Counted from the first letter of the stretch, positions 8,204-18,222 are shown. The stretch is DNA of 64,000 bases from Rubripirellula sp. (GCA_965216875.1 OZ244207.1:6119470-6183469); one strand, 5' to 3'. Notes: generated by a model from the letters alone, not told the origin. Program-made: numbers and translations.

Positions 8204-8584
8204 ATGAAGCGTCTCCCCGATACCTCTGCCGGCGTTCCCAAGCAGAACAGCGATGCTGGCCAAATCACAACGACGCCCAATCGGAAACGTGAGATCGGTT
8301 TTGCGGCGTCGATGCTTGGCTATGGTCTAACGCTGTTTGTCGCGGCTGTCTTTTTCGCGCGATCGCCACCAGGCCTCGACCCAACGCTTGACGGCACCGA
8401 ACGGTTTGCTGAGGAGATTGGTCACGGATTCATTGGGCTGTTACTGATACTCGCTGGAATCGCGGCAAGCTTGGTGTTTGGTGGAATCGGGGCGATGCTT
8501 GGAAGCAGAGCGGGAAAGACGCTCGTGTTGATCGGATGCGCGTTTTTGGTGCTATCGGCAGGTTTTGCCCTGATCGCAAACTAG
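8204..8584 (+). CDS. Hypothetical integral membrane protein (about 3 TM segments)
   Basis: I prefer ATG at 8204 (MKRLPDTS...) over the track's TTG at 8132. Hydrophobic helices: FAASMLGYGLTLFVAAVFFA, FIGLLLILAGIAASLVFGGIGAML, LVLIGCAFLVLSAGFALIA. Confidence 0.5.
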   Translation: MKRLPDTSAGVPKQNSDAGQITTTPNRKREIGFAASMLGYGLTLFVAAVFFARSPPGLDPTLDGTERFAEEIGHGFIGLLLILAGIAASLVFGGIGAMLGSRAGKTLVLIGCAFLVLSAGFALIAN

Positions 8585-8596
8585 ACAACGCAAATA

Positions 8597-8628
8597 CCGC
8601 CTGCCCGCGTGCGCTCGCGGGCAGGCGG
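8597..8628 (+). terminator. GC-rich hairpin, 13-bp perfect stem, directly after the stop of the 8204-8584 gene
   Basis: CCGCCTGCCCGCG (8597-8609), loop tgcgct, CGCGGGCAGGCGG (8616-8628). No U-tract follows, so terminator function is uncertain. Confidence 0.35.
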
Positions 8629-8717
8629 CTTACACAACATGGCATTGCAAAAGGCACAGTGCCATGGCGGCGAAGATAGCCGAGCGTCATGTGCGCGGTG
8701 TTAAGATTGCCGCGAAC

Positions 8718-8760
8718 GCAAAAGAAAACCCGCCCGAACGCTCAAAGGCACTCGGGCGGG
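8718..8760 (-). terminator. Rho-independent terminator downstream of tRNA-Arg
   Basis: On the minus strand, CCCGCCCGA (complement of 8752-8760) pairs with TCGGGCGGG (complement of 8729-8737) across a 14-nt loop, giving a 9-bp GC-rich stem. TTTTCTTTTGC follows immediately (complement of 8718-8728). Confidence 0.6.
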
Positions 8761-8900
8761 CGATTTGGAGACGAACTGAAGAGGCAGCATCAGCCCGCCA
8801 GTAATGCTGATAGCGCGGGGCACTGTGCTATCAGCATTGACCTCAACGAGGTGATGTCCGTCTGGACGTTGCATCCGTCAACGCAACGAAGAAAATTCAA

Positions 8901-8977
<77 letters not shown>

Positions 8978-9124
8978 CGATGCGTGTGGGCATCTTATTC
9001 TCTCCCCGCCGTTGCTGGGAAGGATGGTCGTTTCGCTTCACGCATGTCGCCAAAACACGCGCATCGCAATACCCTCGCACCACTACGGCTGGGACACTGC
9101 GAACGGCGTGGGTGTTCGCACCGG

Positions 9125-9856
9125 CTATTTCGCCAATGCAGCGCGGACGCTCTTTGCAACCTGCTCGGCGAGTTTGGCCGATCCGTCTTGCGTGTAGTGA
9201 ACATTGGCCGGTCGCTGCTCGGCGTGCTTGAGCGCGAATTCGAAGAGCGGATTGATTTCGATTCCACCCACTTCTTCGATCGCTTTCCTTGCCGCTTCGT
9301 TGTATCGCTTGGAATCACCCACGACGCGGCCTTTGGCCCCTTTGGGCACCGGTGTCGTTTCGCAAAAAATGACCTTCGCGCCGGTCTTCTTCAGCCGATT
9401 GGCAATCTTCTTGATGTTCTTGGCGTATTGGTCGAGCGGAACCTGTTGGTGGCTACCAGCCGCATCGGGCTCGGCAAGGTTTTCGCCGTTTGGCCCGAGG
9501 TACTTCAGATCGTGCAGCCCGTGATTGAAATGAATCACATCCCACTTGCGGTCGCCAATCCAATTTTCGAGTGATTCCAAACCTCGCGTGGTTGGTCCAC
9601 AATTGGTCGCGGGTCGCCAAACATTGGCCTGACCCGAAAGCGCTTCGCGAGCTGGCAGCATGTAGCCGATCGAGATCGAATCGCCGATCAGCAAGACGTT
9701 CGGCAATCCTTGCACCACTTCCGGGGGCTGGAATTGGGCGGGGATTTTTCTGACCGGTTTTTTCGGCTTCGCTTTATCCTGTGCGTATGTTTCCAAAGAA
9801 ACTCCGGCCAAGACCAACAGAGCAACGAGCCAACGGCAAGCGAAAAGCTTTGTCAT
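9125..9856 (-). CDS. Secreted SGNH/GDSL-type hydrolase (esterase/lipase fold)
   Basis: Start at ATG 9856 (MTKLFACRWLVALLVLAGVSLETYAQ signal peptide). Block I is LLIGDSISIGY, followed by HFNHGLHD. The C-terminal block is HYTQDG (the D..H region). The upstream 165 codons of the 408-aa track ORF are an open shadow opposite thiE. Confidence 0.8.
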   Translation of the reverse strand: MTKLFACRWLVALLVLAGVSLETYAQDKAKPKKPVRKIPAQFQPPEVVQGLPNVLLIGDSISIGYMLPAREALSGQANVWRPATNCGPTTRGLESLENWIGDRKWDVIHFNHGLHDLKYLGPNGENLAEPDAAGSHQQVPLDQYAKNIKKIANRLKKTGAKVIFCETTPVPKGAKGRVVGDSKRYNEAARKAIEEVGGIEINPLFEFALKHAEQRPANVHYTQDGSAKLAEQVAKSVRAALAK

Positions 9857-9895
9857 TTGAGATACCCAACGATTGTCTTTTGAGACGAATGATTT

Positions 9896-10984
9896 ATGTC
9901 GGAAGCTGAACTTCGAGCCACCTATCGTATTCTCGACGCCTCCTCGAATCGAGCCTCGGAGGGACTCCGCACACTCGAAGAGTTTGCACGATTCCTGCTG
10001 GATGATGCCGAAGCGACCGCCGACCTGAAAGCGGCCCGTCACGAACTGGCAGCCGCGTTGACGCGATTTCCGCGTACTTTGCTGCTGTCTTCGCGCGACA
10101 CCGACTCGGATGTGGGCACGGAAATCTCGCAGCCGAGCGAATGGGTGCGCCAAAACGTTGGCGAAGTGGTCGCCGCCGCCGCTTCGCGAACAGCCCAATC
10201 GCTTCGCGTGCTCGAAGAATACGGAAAAACGATCGACGCCGAGGTTGCCGCGCGGATCGAACAATTGCGTTACCGCTGCTACACGATCTTCGCCAACCTC
10301 GAATTGAAACTCTCTCGAAACGTCCGGCGTCAACGACTTGCCGAATCCCATCTTTACGCGTTAGTCGAAGCAGGCGAAGACGCAAACCAATTCGCCGATC
10401 TGGTTCGCCTGCTCTTCACGAGTGGCGTCGACATCATTCAACTTCGTGACCACAACCACGACGATCGAACGCTCATCGAACGCGCGAAACTTGCAATGGC
10501 GATTCGCCACGAAGTGGGCGGGCTGTTTATCGTCAACGATCGCGCCGACCTTGCACTTGCCGCCGATGCCGATGGTGTGCATGTCGGGCAAGAAGAGTTG
10601 CCGGTTGATGTGGCTCGGCAGATCCTTGGTCCTGAACGTCTGATCGGACTTTCGACCCACGACATCCATCAAGCGCGTCAGGCTCAACTCGCCGGCGCCG
10701 ACTACATCGGCTGTGGGCCGGTTTTTCCCGGACAGACCAAATCGTTTGACGACTACGTTGGTCCCGACTTCCTTCGCCAAGTTGCATCCAACATCGAGCT
10801 TCCCTCGTTCGCAATTGGAGGGATTGATGAATCAAACGTCGACCAAGTGATCGATGCGGGTTTTCATCGAATCGCCGTGACGGGCGTGTTGAGAGACACC
10901 GACGATCCAGCCTCAACGTCGCGTGCCCTCAAGAACCAACTTGCCGCTGCTAGCGATCACACTGTGCCATCAGGTGATCGGTGA
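9896..10984 (+). CDS. thiE: Thiamine-phosphate synthase (ThiE) with an N-terminal helical extension of about 150 aa
   Basis: The C-terminal ~210 aa carry the ThiE pattern: HLYALV...DIIQLRDH...FIVNDRADLALAADADGVHVGQEELP...IGLSTH...ADYIGCGPVFPGQTK...PSFAIGGI. Confidence 0.85.
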   Translation: MSEAELRATYRILDASSNRASEGLRTLEEFARFLLDDAEATADLKAARHELAAALTRFPRTLLLSSRDTDSDVGTEISQPSEWVRQNVGEVVAAAASRTAQSLRVLEEYGKTIDAEVAARIEQLRYRCYTIFANLELKLSRNVRRQRLAESHLYALVEAGEDANQFADLVRLLFTSGVDIIQLRDHNHDDRTLIERAKLAMAIRHEVGGLFIVNDRADLALAADADGVHVGQEELPVDVARQILGPERLIGLSTHDIHQARQAQLAGADYIGCGPVFPGQTKSFDDYVGPDFLRQVASNIELPSFAIGGIDESNVDQVIDAGFHRIAVTGVLRDTDDPASTSRALKNQLAAASDHTVPSGDR

Positions 10985-11600
10985 CGTTACGAATTTGATT
11001 CACCGCAGACGGAGTGTAACCTTCCCACACTCCTGCGATGTTCCCCTCGCCATCGACGAGAACCGAAGTTGGATAGTAAAGGTTCGGTCTCTCAAGTCGA
11101 TCTAACAAACTGGTGCGAGTGACTCCGCGCGGGTCGGCGTAAACCATCTGGTCCGTGATCGCGTTTTGGCTGAAATAGTCCTTTGTCTTCAGCCAAAGGC
11201 CATTGAACGTTTCCCTGTTGTTGCTTTCACACGAAACGGAAATGAACCGAAAACGACGGTCATCACTCAGCTGAGCTGTCATTTCCGAAAGATGCGGGTA
11301 TTCCATGCGACATGGACCGCACCACGTCCCCCAAAAATGAACGAGCGTGACTTGGCCATCTTGTAGAGGTGCGGCCTGGTCCCATGTCGCATCGTCGGAG
11401 AGGCGAACCAGATCAACCTCAGGTCCCGGTTTGCCAACCGCTGGACTATCTTGAATCGCGTAGGTGGGCATCGCCGATCGAATGATCAAAGCGACGGGAA
11501 TGACCAACACGAGCGGCACAAGTAGCCACCATCGAAACCCTGCACCACCAGACGTGGTTGGCAATTCGCGATCGTTCGGCTGGTTGGTCGTTTCGTCCAA
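10950..11600 (-). CDS. Membrane-anchored TlpA/ResA-like thiol:disulfide oxidoreductase (WCGPC)
   Basis: N-terminal TM segment FRWWLLVPLVLVIPVALII. Redoxin core: VTLVHFWGTWCGPCRMEYPHL. The start is a TTG at 11600 and is uncertain. The 3' end overlaps thiE convergently by 35 nt. Confidence 0.8.
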   Translation of the reverse strand: MDETTNQPNDRELPTTSGGAGFRWWLLVPLVLVIPVALIIRSAMPTYAIQDSPAVGKPGPEVDLVRLSDDATWDQAAPLQDGQVTLVHFWGTWCGPCRMEYPHLSEMTAQLSDDRRFRFISVSCESNNRETFNGLWLKTKDYFSQNAITDQMVYADPRGVTRTSLLDRLERPNLYYPTSVLVDGEGNIAGVWEGYTPSAVNQIRNVTDHLMAQCDR

Positions 11601-11795
11601 AAAGCTATCTCGTCAGTGTCCGTGTGTACCGAGAGTTATGTGTCCTGCGTTGCTTGCCCCAGCGCCGAAGAGCGCTATCACTATACCGTTCGACTCAGAT
11701 TGACCAAGTCGAACCTGAATGACGAATTGCGCAAGTAGCTATGATCGTGATTGCTACGAGAGGAACACCCAACCGAGGATCAAGAAAACGAGTTG

Positions 11796-12704
11796 ATGCG
11801 AAACACCGCCCCCACTGTCGGCTTCATCCTCGCCTATGTCTTAATGTCTGCGCATGGACTGACGTCCGCCAGCGCTCAATCAACCTCTGACGATCAACGC
11901 CAAACGTTAGAGCTTGACGACCAGCGTGTTAACGAAAGCAGCGGTCTGGCCATTTCGAATCGAACCGCGAACCGACTGTGGACTCACAATGATTCCGGCG
12001 GAAAACCGCAACTCTATTGTTTCGACACCAACGGCAAACGAAAGGGTAAGTGCGATTTGCCATCGATTCGTCCTAACGATTGGGAAGACATGGCGTCCTT
12101 TGTTGACGACGGTGTTGCCCGGCTGCTTGTTGCGGACTGTGGCGACAACAATTCTCGGCACAGCAGTATCGAGTTGCATCTTTTTGACGAGCCGAAAACC
12201 GACAAATCGACAACGATACAAACTGAGACGATTCAAACGATTCGCGTGCGATACTCGGATGGTCCCCGCGACTGCGAAGCCGTTGCGGTCGATTCAACGC
12301 GCCGAATCATTGTGCTGATAGGGAAAAGCCGATTTGGCATCGCAGGTGTCTACACCCTTCCATTGCCTCGACGCGACGAGCCCAAAACGATTCGGCAGAC
12401 TGCTAAGCGGATCGGATCGATTCCGATCCCAATGATCACGGCCGCTGACTTCAATGCCGCGAGCGGCGACCTTTGGGTGATCAACTACTTCATCGCCGTC
12501 GAATTCCCCTGTGAGACGCGTGACGAGCCACTCAGCAGCCAGATTCCACGAATGGGCCGGAAGCTCGAGCTACCGCGTTTTCGTCAGATCGAAGCGATGG
12601 CGATCGACTCAAATCAGGGGATGTGGGTCACCAGCGAAGGGGTTCCCGCACCACTGGCCAAGTTGAATGTGGCCAAGGCGGAGTCCGGCTTCGGGTCAAA
12701 ATAG
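11796..12704 (+). CDS. Secreted hypothetical protein, probably a beta-propeller-like fold
   Basis: ATG at 11796 gives the signal peptide MRNTAPTVGFILAYVLMSAHGLTSASAQ. Motifs ESSGLAIS...LWTHNDSGG...LLVADCGDN recall SdiA-regulated/phytase-like propellers, but the family assignment is not secure. Confidence 0.65.
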   Translation: MRNTAPTVGFILAYVLMSAHGLTSASAQSTSDDQRQTLELDDQRVNESSGLAISNRTANRLWTHNDSGGKPQLYCFDTNGKRKGKCDLPSIRPNDWEDMASFVDDGVARLLVADCGDNNSRHSSIELHLFDEPKTDKSTTIQTETIQTIRVRYSDGPRDCEAVAVDSTRRIIVLIGKSRFGIAGVYTLPLPRRDEPKTIRQTAKRIGSIPIPMITAADFNAASGDLWVINYFIAVEFPCETRDEPLSSQIPRMGRKLELPRFRQIEAMAIDSNQGMWVTSEGVPAPLAKLNVAKAESGFGSK

Positions 12705-12995
12705 CCTTCCGGATCAGAAACTTTCTCACCGAGTGCCATTGCCACCCGGCGACGTGGCAAGCTATTTGACCATTACCTACTGTTCGATAGTCTCTGCAAT
12801 GAAAGGTTCTGGGATCTCTGAATCGAGATTCTCTGGCCTCCGCGTCGCGTGAGACTACGATGAGGTGCTCAAATGATCACCAAGAGTATTAAATTGACGC
12901 AGCACCCCAAGGCTGCCTATGCTCTATGGTTCTCGTAACCGGACGGATCGAAACCCTTCGACATTTTGTCCCACTCAACTCTCGGAGCTTCGAGT

Positions 12996-13439
12996 ATGAA
13001 AAAGTTTGCAAGTTTCATGGCCGTCCTTTTGGTGGCCAGCGCTACCGTCGTCGCGGGCGACGTTGATCTTGATGGCGTCAAATGCGTGGTTGCTCCAAAG
13101 GCTGCCAACGCAAGCAAGTCGGCTGACTACAAAGACGGCAAAGTCTACTTCTGCTGTGGCGGATGTGCCGGCAAGTTCGCCAAAGATTCAAAGAAGTTTG
13201 CTGTGAAGGCAAACCACCAATTGGTCGCCACAAAACAATACGAACAAAAGGGTTGCCCTTTCTCGGGTGGCAAAGTCAATGCTGACACCGCCGTCAAACT
13301 TGCTGGCACCAGCGTTGCTTTCTGCTGCAACAACTGCAAAGGCAAAGTCGTCGCTGAGAAAGACGAAGCCAAGCAACTGAAGATGGTCTTCTCGGACAAA
13401 GCATTCGGCAAAGGCTTCGCCAAGAAGAGCGAAGGTTAA
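12996..13439 (+). CDS. Secreted protein with two YHS/TRASH-like Cys4 modules (putative metal-binding)
   Basis: Signal peptide MKKFASFMAVLLVASATVVAG. There are two repeats of C-x(n)-FCC-x2-C-xGK: VKCVV...KVYFCCGGCAGKFAKD and KGCPF...SVAFCCNNCKGKVVAE. Confidence 0.7.
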   Translation: MKKFASFMAVLLVASATVVAGDVDLDGVKCVVAPKAANASKSADYKDGKVYFCCGGCAGKFAKDSKKFAVKANHQLVATKQYEQKGCPFSGGKVNADTAVKLAGTSVAFCCNNCKGKVVAEKDEAKQLKMVFSDKAFGKGFAKKSEG

Positions 13440-13467
13440 TCTTCATTTGCCCGATTGGAAAATCAAT

Positions 13468-13500
13468 GAAGCCGGTTGCTCTCGAGTGGCCGGCTTTTTT
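13468..13500 (+). terminator. Rho-independent terminator
   Basis: AAGCCGG (13469-13475) pairs with CCGGCTT (13490-13496), running into a T6 tract that ends at 13500. It begins 29 nt after the stop at 13439. Confidence 0.65.
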
Positions 13501-13524
13501 CATGCGCGGACGGAACGACGAAAG

Positions 13525-14706
13525 CTACTGCATTTGCTTTTCGCAAACTTGCAACACCGAATCGATGACTAACTCAACTTGCTCGTCCGTCAGCTTGTCG
13601 TAAATCGGTAAATGCACCAGTTGACCAACCACTTTCTCTGCGACGGTGCAAGTCACGTTTGATCGCTTCGAAACCTGGTCGTCCAAATGCATCGGGCGCC
13701 AATAGGTTCGCGTATCGATGCCAAGGGTCTTGAGCTCGGCGATGATCTCTTTTGCGTGGTTTACGTTGAGCCGCTCAAGATCGAAGAGGACGGGAAAGAG
13801 TTGCCACGTTGCGATTCGATTCGCATCCAATCCTGGCAGCGTCAACACGCTGGAAGATTCCAGTCGCTCGACATAGCGTTGTGCAATCGATTGCCGCCGA
13901 AGTCTTGCTCTTTCTGCTGAGGCAACATGGGTTTGCAGCATGGATGCTTCGAGGTCGGTCATTGCATGGGTTTCACGAACATCGCGGGCGACATTCCCCC
14001 GTGCTCGGACCGCTCGGCTTGCGATTGCCCTCAGCTCAGTGGCCAACACTTCGCTGGCCGTGGCGATCATGCCGCCTTCGCCCGAGGTGAGGACCTTCGC
14101 TGGATCGAGTGCAAAGCAAGTCATGTCCGCAGTATCGTTTCCGCAATGACGCCATGGTTGCTCTGACGAAAAACGGATTGCCGCTCCAAACGCGTGCGCC
14201 CCATTTTCGATCACCCACAAGTCAAACTCGGAAGCCAAACCTGCCAGCGACAACGAATCTGCCATTCGCCCACCAACGTGCATCGGCAACATTCCGACCG
14301 CTTTGAAACGTGTGGACAACAGTTTTGAGCGTAGGTCATGCACGTCCCAGTTGAGCGTTGACGGCTCACAATCGACATAGATTGGGATTGCACCACGCTT
14401 CGTCAAAGCACCGATTGTCGCGCGGTCGGTTAACGTTGGCACAAGCACTCCTTCGCCCTCGCTCACCCCGATCGCTTCGAGTGCAAACGCCAGAGCATCA
14501 GCGCAGGTGCTTACACCGACACAGTGAACGGCTCCGATCTGGGCAGCCACGCTCGCTTCGAGATCCGTGACCAAAGGCCCGGGTTGAAGTGGATCTTGGG
14601 CGAGTGTGTCGACAGCAAGACCAATCTCGACTTCCGAGAGGTTGGGTTGCAGAAACGGTACTTTGACCTCAGCAAGCTCAGCGGTTTTATGATCTTGGCT
14701 ATTCAT
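13525..14706 (-). CDS. DegT/DnrJ/EryC1/StrS-family PLP-dependent (sugar) aminotransferase
   Basis: ATG at 14706 (MNSQDHK...). Family-like blocks: VPFLQPNL, CADALAFALEAIGVSEGEGVLVPTLT, IENGAHAFGA, and the PLP-lysine region FALDPAKVLTSGEGGMI. Confidence 0.8.
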   Translation of the reverse strand: MNSQDHKTAELAEVKVPFLQPNLSEVEIGLAVDTLAQDPLQPGPLVTDLEASVAAQIGAVHCVGVSTCADALAFALEAIGVSEGEGVLVPTLTDRATIGALTKRGAIPIYVDCEPSTLNWDVHDLRSKLLSTRFKAVGMLPMHVGGRMADSLSLAGLASEFDLWVIENGAHAFGAAIRFSSEQPWRHCGNDTADMTCFALDPAKVLTSGEGGMIATASEVLATELRAIASRAVRARGNVARDVRETHAMTDLEASMLQTHVASAERARLRRQSIAQRYVERLESSSVLTLPGLDANRIATWQLFPVLFDLERLNVNHAKEIIAELKTLGIDTRTYWRPMHLDDQVSKRSNVTCTVAEKVVGQLVHLPIYDKLTDEQVELVIDSVLQVCEKQMQ

Positions 14707-15081
14707 GACCGGCTCGGCTTGAACTCGCACCACAAGATGCAAGTGTCAAATCGCAAGGGGTCGCCCCAACATCTGTTTTTCTAAGTTTGCCATCGTGCGG
14801 CCTCTGGCTTCGCCCTCACCCGGCAAGCCGGACCGCGAACAAGCAAAGACAGCTGGCAGAAATCTGTCTTCATCAATGACTTTGTGGACAAGCGGCGGCG
14901 AACGGGAGTGCCCCATCGCAGGCACCGCCTCGCCAACCTCTGGCATACTACCCCCCCGGTCGGCGATGTCAAGCTTCGCCCCGCATGCTGTGCGACTTTC
15001 ATTGCCGCAAACGAAATGGGTGCTTGAGCCAAAATGCGGCGTTAAGATATTGCCTTTTCTCTGCCCACCATCAAATGGACG

Positions 15082-18000
15082 ATGGCTTCGCAATTCCAAA
15101 ATAACATCCGCAGGACAATCGGGAGTCTGGTCAGTGCCGTCGCGGTCATTGCGATTGGCGGAACTGCCCGAGCGGAAGAGCCTGCGCGCGAGTTTTTAGA
15201 CGGCCTTCGCGCTCGCGGATTGCACGATGTTGCAATCGATTATCTCGACCAGATGTCGACCAGCCCGCTTGCGCCCGCTGAAATTCGAGAGACCGTACTT
15301 TACGAAAAGGCCCTCACCTTCATCGCGGCCGCGCGCACCCAGCGAGACCCGCAAAAGAATGAACGTTTTCTCAACGACGCCAGACGCCTGCTTGAAAGCT
15401 TTGTCACCGAGTACCCCGATCACGAAAAGGCCAATGCTGCCCAAAGCCAACTTGGCAGCTTGATCTTTGAACGTGCCCGCGCCAAAGTCGCGAGCGCAAA
15501 GAGCAACAACTCAAAACAACAGTTGACTCAGGCGCGAAAGCTTTACGAAGAAGCCTTTGCCGTCTTTGGAAAACTCCAATTGTCGGTCGCCAGCGAGCTT
15601 GACCAGATCCCCAAGGTGCTCGACACACGCGATCGCAAACAAGCCCAGCTTGCCACACGCCGCACGCGACTGCGCGCCGACAACCTGCAAACCGAATTGT
15701 TGGCCGCCGCGGCGCGTGAGGAAATGGCGGATACCTTTCCAGCCGGCTCCACCGAAGAAGCCAAATACTTGACCGAAGCCGCGTCGCTGTACGACGGCAT
15801 CTACAAAAACTATCGCAGTCGGCTGGCCGGGTTTTACGCGCGGATGTATCAGGGTCGCTGCAACCAGAGAATGGGCAAGCTTCGAGACGCACTCGGCTAC
15901 TACGGCGAACTGCTTGACCAGCCCAATGCATCCGATGGCATGTTCAAGCTAAAGACCGAAACCCTGCGCCTGGCGATGGAATGCTGGCTTGCGCCGAGCG
16001 AGCGAAAGTACATCGAAACGATCAAACGCGGTTCTCAGTGGCTCGATCTCGCGCCGCCCAATCAAGATCGACAACCCGATTGGCTCGCGATTCGCCTTAG
16101 CCTCGCCAAAGCACTGAAGATGCAGGCCGATGCCGCAAAGAACGAAACGCCGCCTGACACCAAACTCTTTCGCCAATCAATCGCCGAAGCCGTTGGGCAT
16201 GCCAAGTTCGTTGCCGGCGAAAGTGGCCCCTTGCAAGAACCTGCTCGTGAATTGGTCACCGCACTTGGTGGTATCGCAGACATTGATGAAAAGCTTGAGC
16301 CAACCACATTCACTCAGGCTCAATTGGTTGCCAAAGAAGCACTCGACGCGATCCAACCTACAAGCCAAACCGTCGCAACGTTGACGGCAAAAATTGCGAG
16401 TGAACAAGACCAAGCCGCGGTCGCAGCGCTCAAAGAGCAACTCGAAGCAGCACAGCAAGATCACCTTACCGCCCGTCAGGACGCACTGCGTTACTACAAA
16501 CTCGCTTTGCAACTTGTCGACGAAAGTACGCCGCAAAGTGATGTGAATCTGGTTCGGTACTTTCTCTGCTACCTCTACTATCTCGGCAAAGACTACCGCG
16601 AAGCAGCCCTTGTCGGCGATTTTGTCTGCATGCGTTTTCCCGACAGCGCGGGCGCGAGGCAGTGTGCTCAGATTTCGCTGGCGTGCTACCTGTTGCTCTT
16701 CACCACTGCCGAAGAATCAGATCGCCGCTTTGAAACACGGCGTCTTTTTCGCATCGCCAATCACATCGCTGATCGTTGGCCAGGAACTCCTGACGCAGCA
16801 AATTCTCTGTTCACGGTGATCCCTCACTTCGTCAATGCAGGAAATTGGCAGGATGCCCACTCACTCACGCGGCGCATTCCCGAATCGTCTCCACATCGGC
16901 AAGCTGCCGAATTCATCACCGGCCAATCGATTTGGGCGTCCGCCGTTCAACAATCAACGCAAATCAAACAATGGGAACTCGATGGATCCGCCGACGGAAT
17001 CGATCTTCCGAAGCAACGAGCACTCCTGCAATCGACTCAACAGACTGCTCGGGAAACACTCGAGGCGGGCTATCGACGGCTCCCTTCACAGCCCGCCGTC
17101 ACCGCATCCAATGCAACCGCCATGCTGTCGCTTGCCCAGGTTGCTCACGCGGAACTTGATGATGAATTTGCAATCGAAGTCCTCGAACACGACGTGATCG
17201 GCCCACTTGTTTTGGTCGAAAACGGATCGAGCGAGGTACAGAGCCCCGTCTTCATCGAAGCAACGTACCGCACCGCGCTCGAGGCCTACGTTGCGCTCCT
17301 TTCAAGCGGTGACGACGAGATCCTTGCCAAAGCGAAGTCTGCCATGACCGGGTTGCAAGCGTCGGTTGGTTCCGACACGGCGGCTCAGCAGCGGATGCTC
17401 GCCGTGTACGTGAACTTGGCGCGCAGCGTCGAAGAACAAATGAAATCGGCGCCACCCGCGTCGCGGGCAACCATGGCCGAAGCCTTCGAATCTTTCCTCG
17501 GCCAACTTTCCGAAGGCTCGAGTGACGTTGGAACCTTGAACTGGGTCGCCGAAACGTTTGCGGCCATCGCCACAGGATTCGAAGGGAACGGAATCGAGGG
17601 CCCGACGACCTCATCCGACCCTTCCGCCAAACGCTACTACGAAGAAGCGAACAAGGCGTTTGTCAATCTCTTGCAACTGCCCAACGTTCCCCCCAAAACG
17701 AGAACGCAGATTCGCGTTCGGCAAGCGGCCGTGTTGACCAAGTCAGGGCAATACGAAGCCGCGCTTAAGATTCTTGAAGAAGTCCTGGCGGAAAACCCAA
17801 AAGCGATCAACGTCCAGGTTGAAACGGCGCGGCTGTTACAAATATGGGGCAAACGTGATCCGGGGATCTACAATCAAGCGATCAGCGGAATCGGGGCCCC
17901 AAATTCAAACGCGTGGGGTTGGGGAAAAATTGCAACGGCCACCCAACCACACAAACTGTTCCGCGAGACGTTCTACGAAGCACGTTATGAACTTGCGAGG

Positions 18001-18210
18001 TGTCAACTCGAACTCGCGTTAACGAAAGCTGCCGCCGACAAAGAGAAACTGCTCGCCGCTGCGTATCGCACGGCGACGCAAACCAAAAAACTCTACCCAA
18101 CCTTGGGCGGCGTTGGCTGGACAAACAAGTACAACGAACTGATTAACCGAATCCTGGTTGCTCAAGGCAAGCAGCCGACCGAACCGATCAACATCGCCGC
18201 CCCAAACTAA
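15082..18210 (+). CDS. Secreted giant TPR-like/all-helical repeat protein (1042 aa)
   Basis: Signal peptide ...SLVSAVAVIAIGGTARAEE. The sequence is Ala/Leu/Glu/Gln-rich helical repeat throughout, with no catalytic motif recognised. Confidence 0.8.
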   Translation: MASQFQNNIRRTIGSLVSAVAVIAIGGTARAEEPAREFLDGLRARGLHDVAIDYLDQMSTSPLAPAEIRETVLYEKALTFIAAARTQRDPQKNERFLNDARRLLESFVTEYPDHEKANAAQSQLGSLIFERARAKVASAKSNNSKQQLTQARKLYEEAFAVFGKLQLSVASELDQIPKVLDTRDRKQAQLATRRTRLRADNLQTELLAAAAREEMADTFPAGSTEEAKYLTEAASLYDGIYKNYRSRLAGFYARMYQGRCNQRMGKLRDALGYYGELLDQPNASDGMFKLKTETLRLAMECWLAPSERKYIETIKRGSQWLDLAPPNQDRQPDWLAIRLSLAKALKMQADAAKNETPPDTKLFRQSIAEAVGHAKFVAGESGPLQEPARELVTALGGIADIDEKLEPTTFTQAQLVAKEALDAIQPTSQTVATLTAKIASEQDQAAVAALKEQLEAAQQDHLTARQDALRYYKLALQLVDESTPQSDVNLVRYFLCYLYYLGKDYREAALVGDFVCMRFPDSAGARQCAQISLACYLLLFTTAEESDRRFETRRLFRIANHIADRWPGTPDAANSLFTVIPHFVNAGNWQDAHSLTRRIPESSPHRQAAEFITGQSIWASAVQQSTQIKQWELDGSADGIDLPKQRALLQSTQQTARETLEAGYRRLPSQPAVTASNATAMLSLAQVAHAELDDEFAIEVLEHDVIGPLVLVENGSSEVQSPVFIEATYRTALEAYVALLSSGDDEILAKAKSAMTGLQASVGSDTAAQQRMLAVYVNLARSVEEQMKSAPPASRATMAEAFESFLGQLSEGSSDVGTLNWVAETFAAIATGFEGNGIEGPTTSSDPSAKRYYEEANKAFVNLLQLPNVPPKTRTQIRVRQAAVLTKSGQYEAALKILEEVLAENPKAINVQVETARLLQIWGKRDPGIYNQAISGIGAPNSNAWGWGKIATATQPHKLFRETFYEARYELARCQLELALTKAAADKEKLLAAAYRTATQTKKLYPTLGGVGWTNKYNELINRILVAQGKQPTEPINIAAPN

Positions 18211-18222
18211 GCTTCACCATCT

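Noticed and set aside
9857-9895. TPP riboswitch upstream of thiE
   Set aside because: Only 39 bp separate thiE from the divergent gene, too short for the ~100-nt aptamer, and no CTGAGA/ACCTGA-type core is seen.
9857-10351. N-terminal 165 codons of the 408-aa track ORF (SGNH hydrolase)
   Set aside because: This is an open frame antisense to thiE. The internal ATG at 9856 gives a clean signal peptide, and the upstream part is Arg-rich nonsense. The same reasoning was applied to the 5' extensions of the ORFs at 25440-27308, 57141-60779, 37055-39391, 46504-47469 and 19422-21476.
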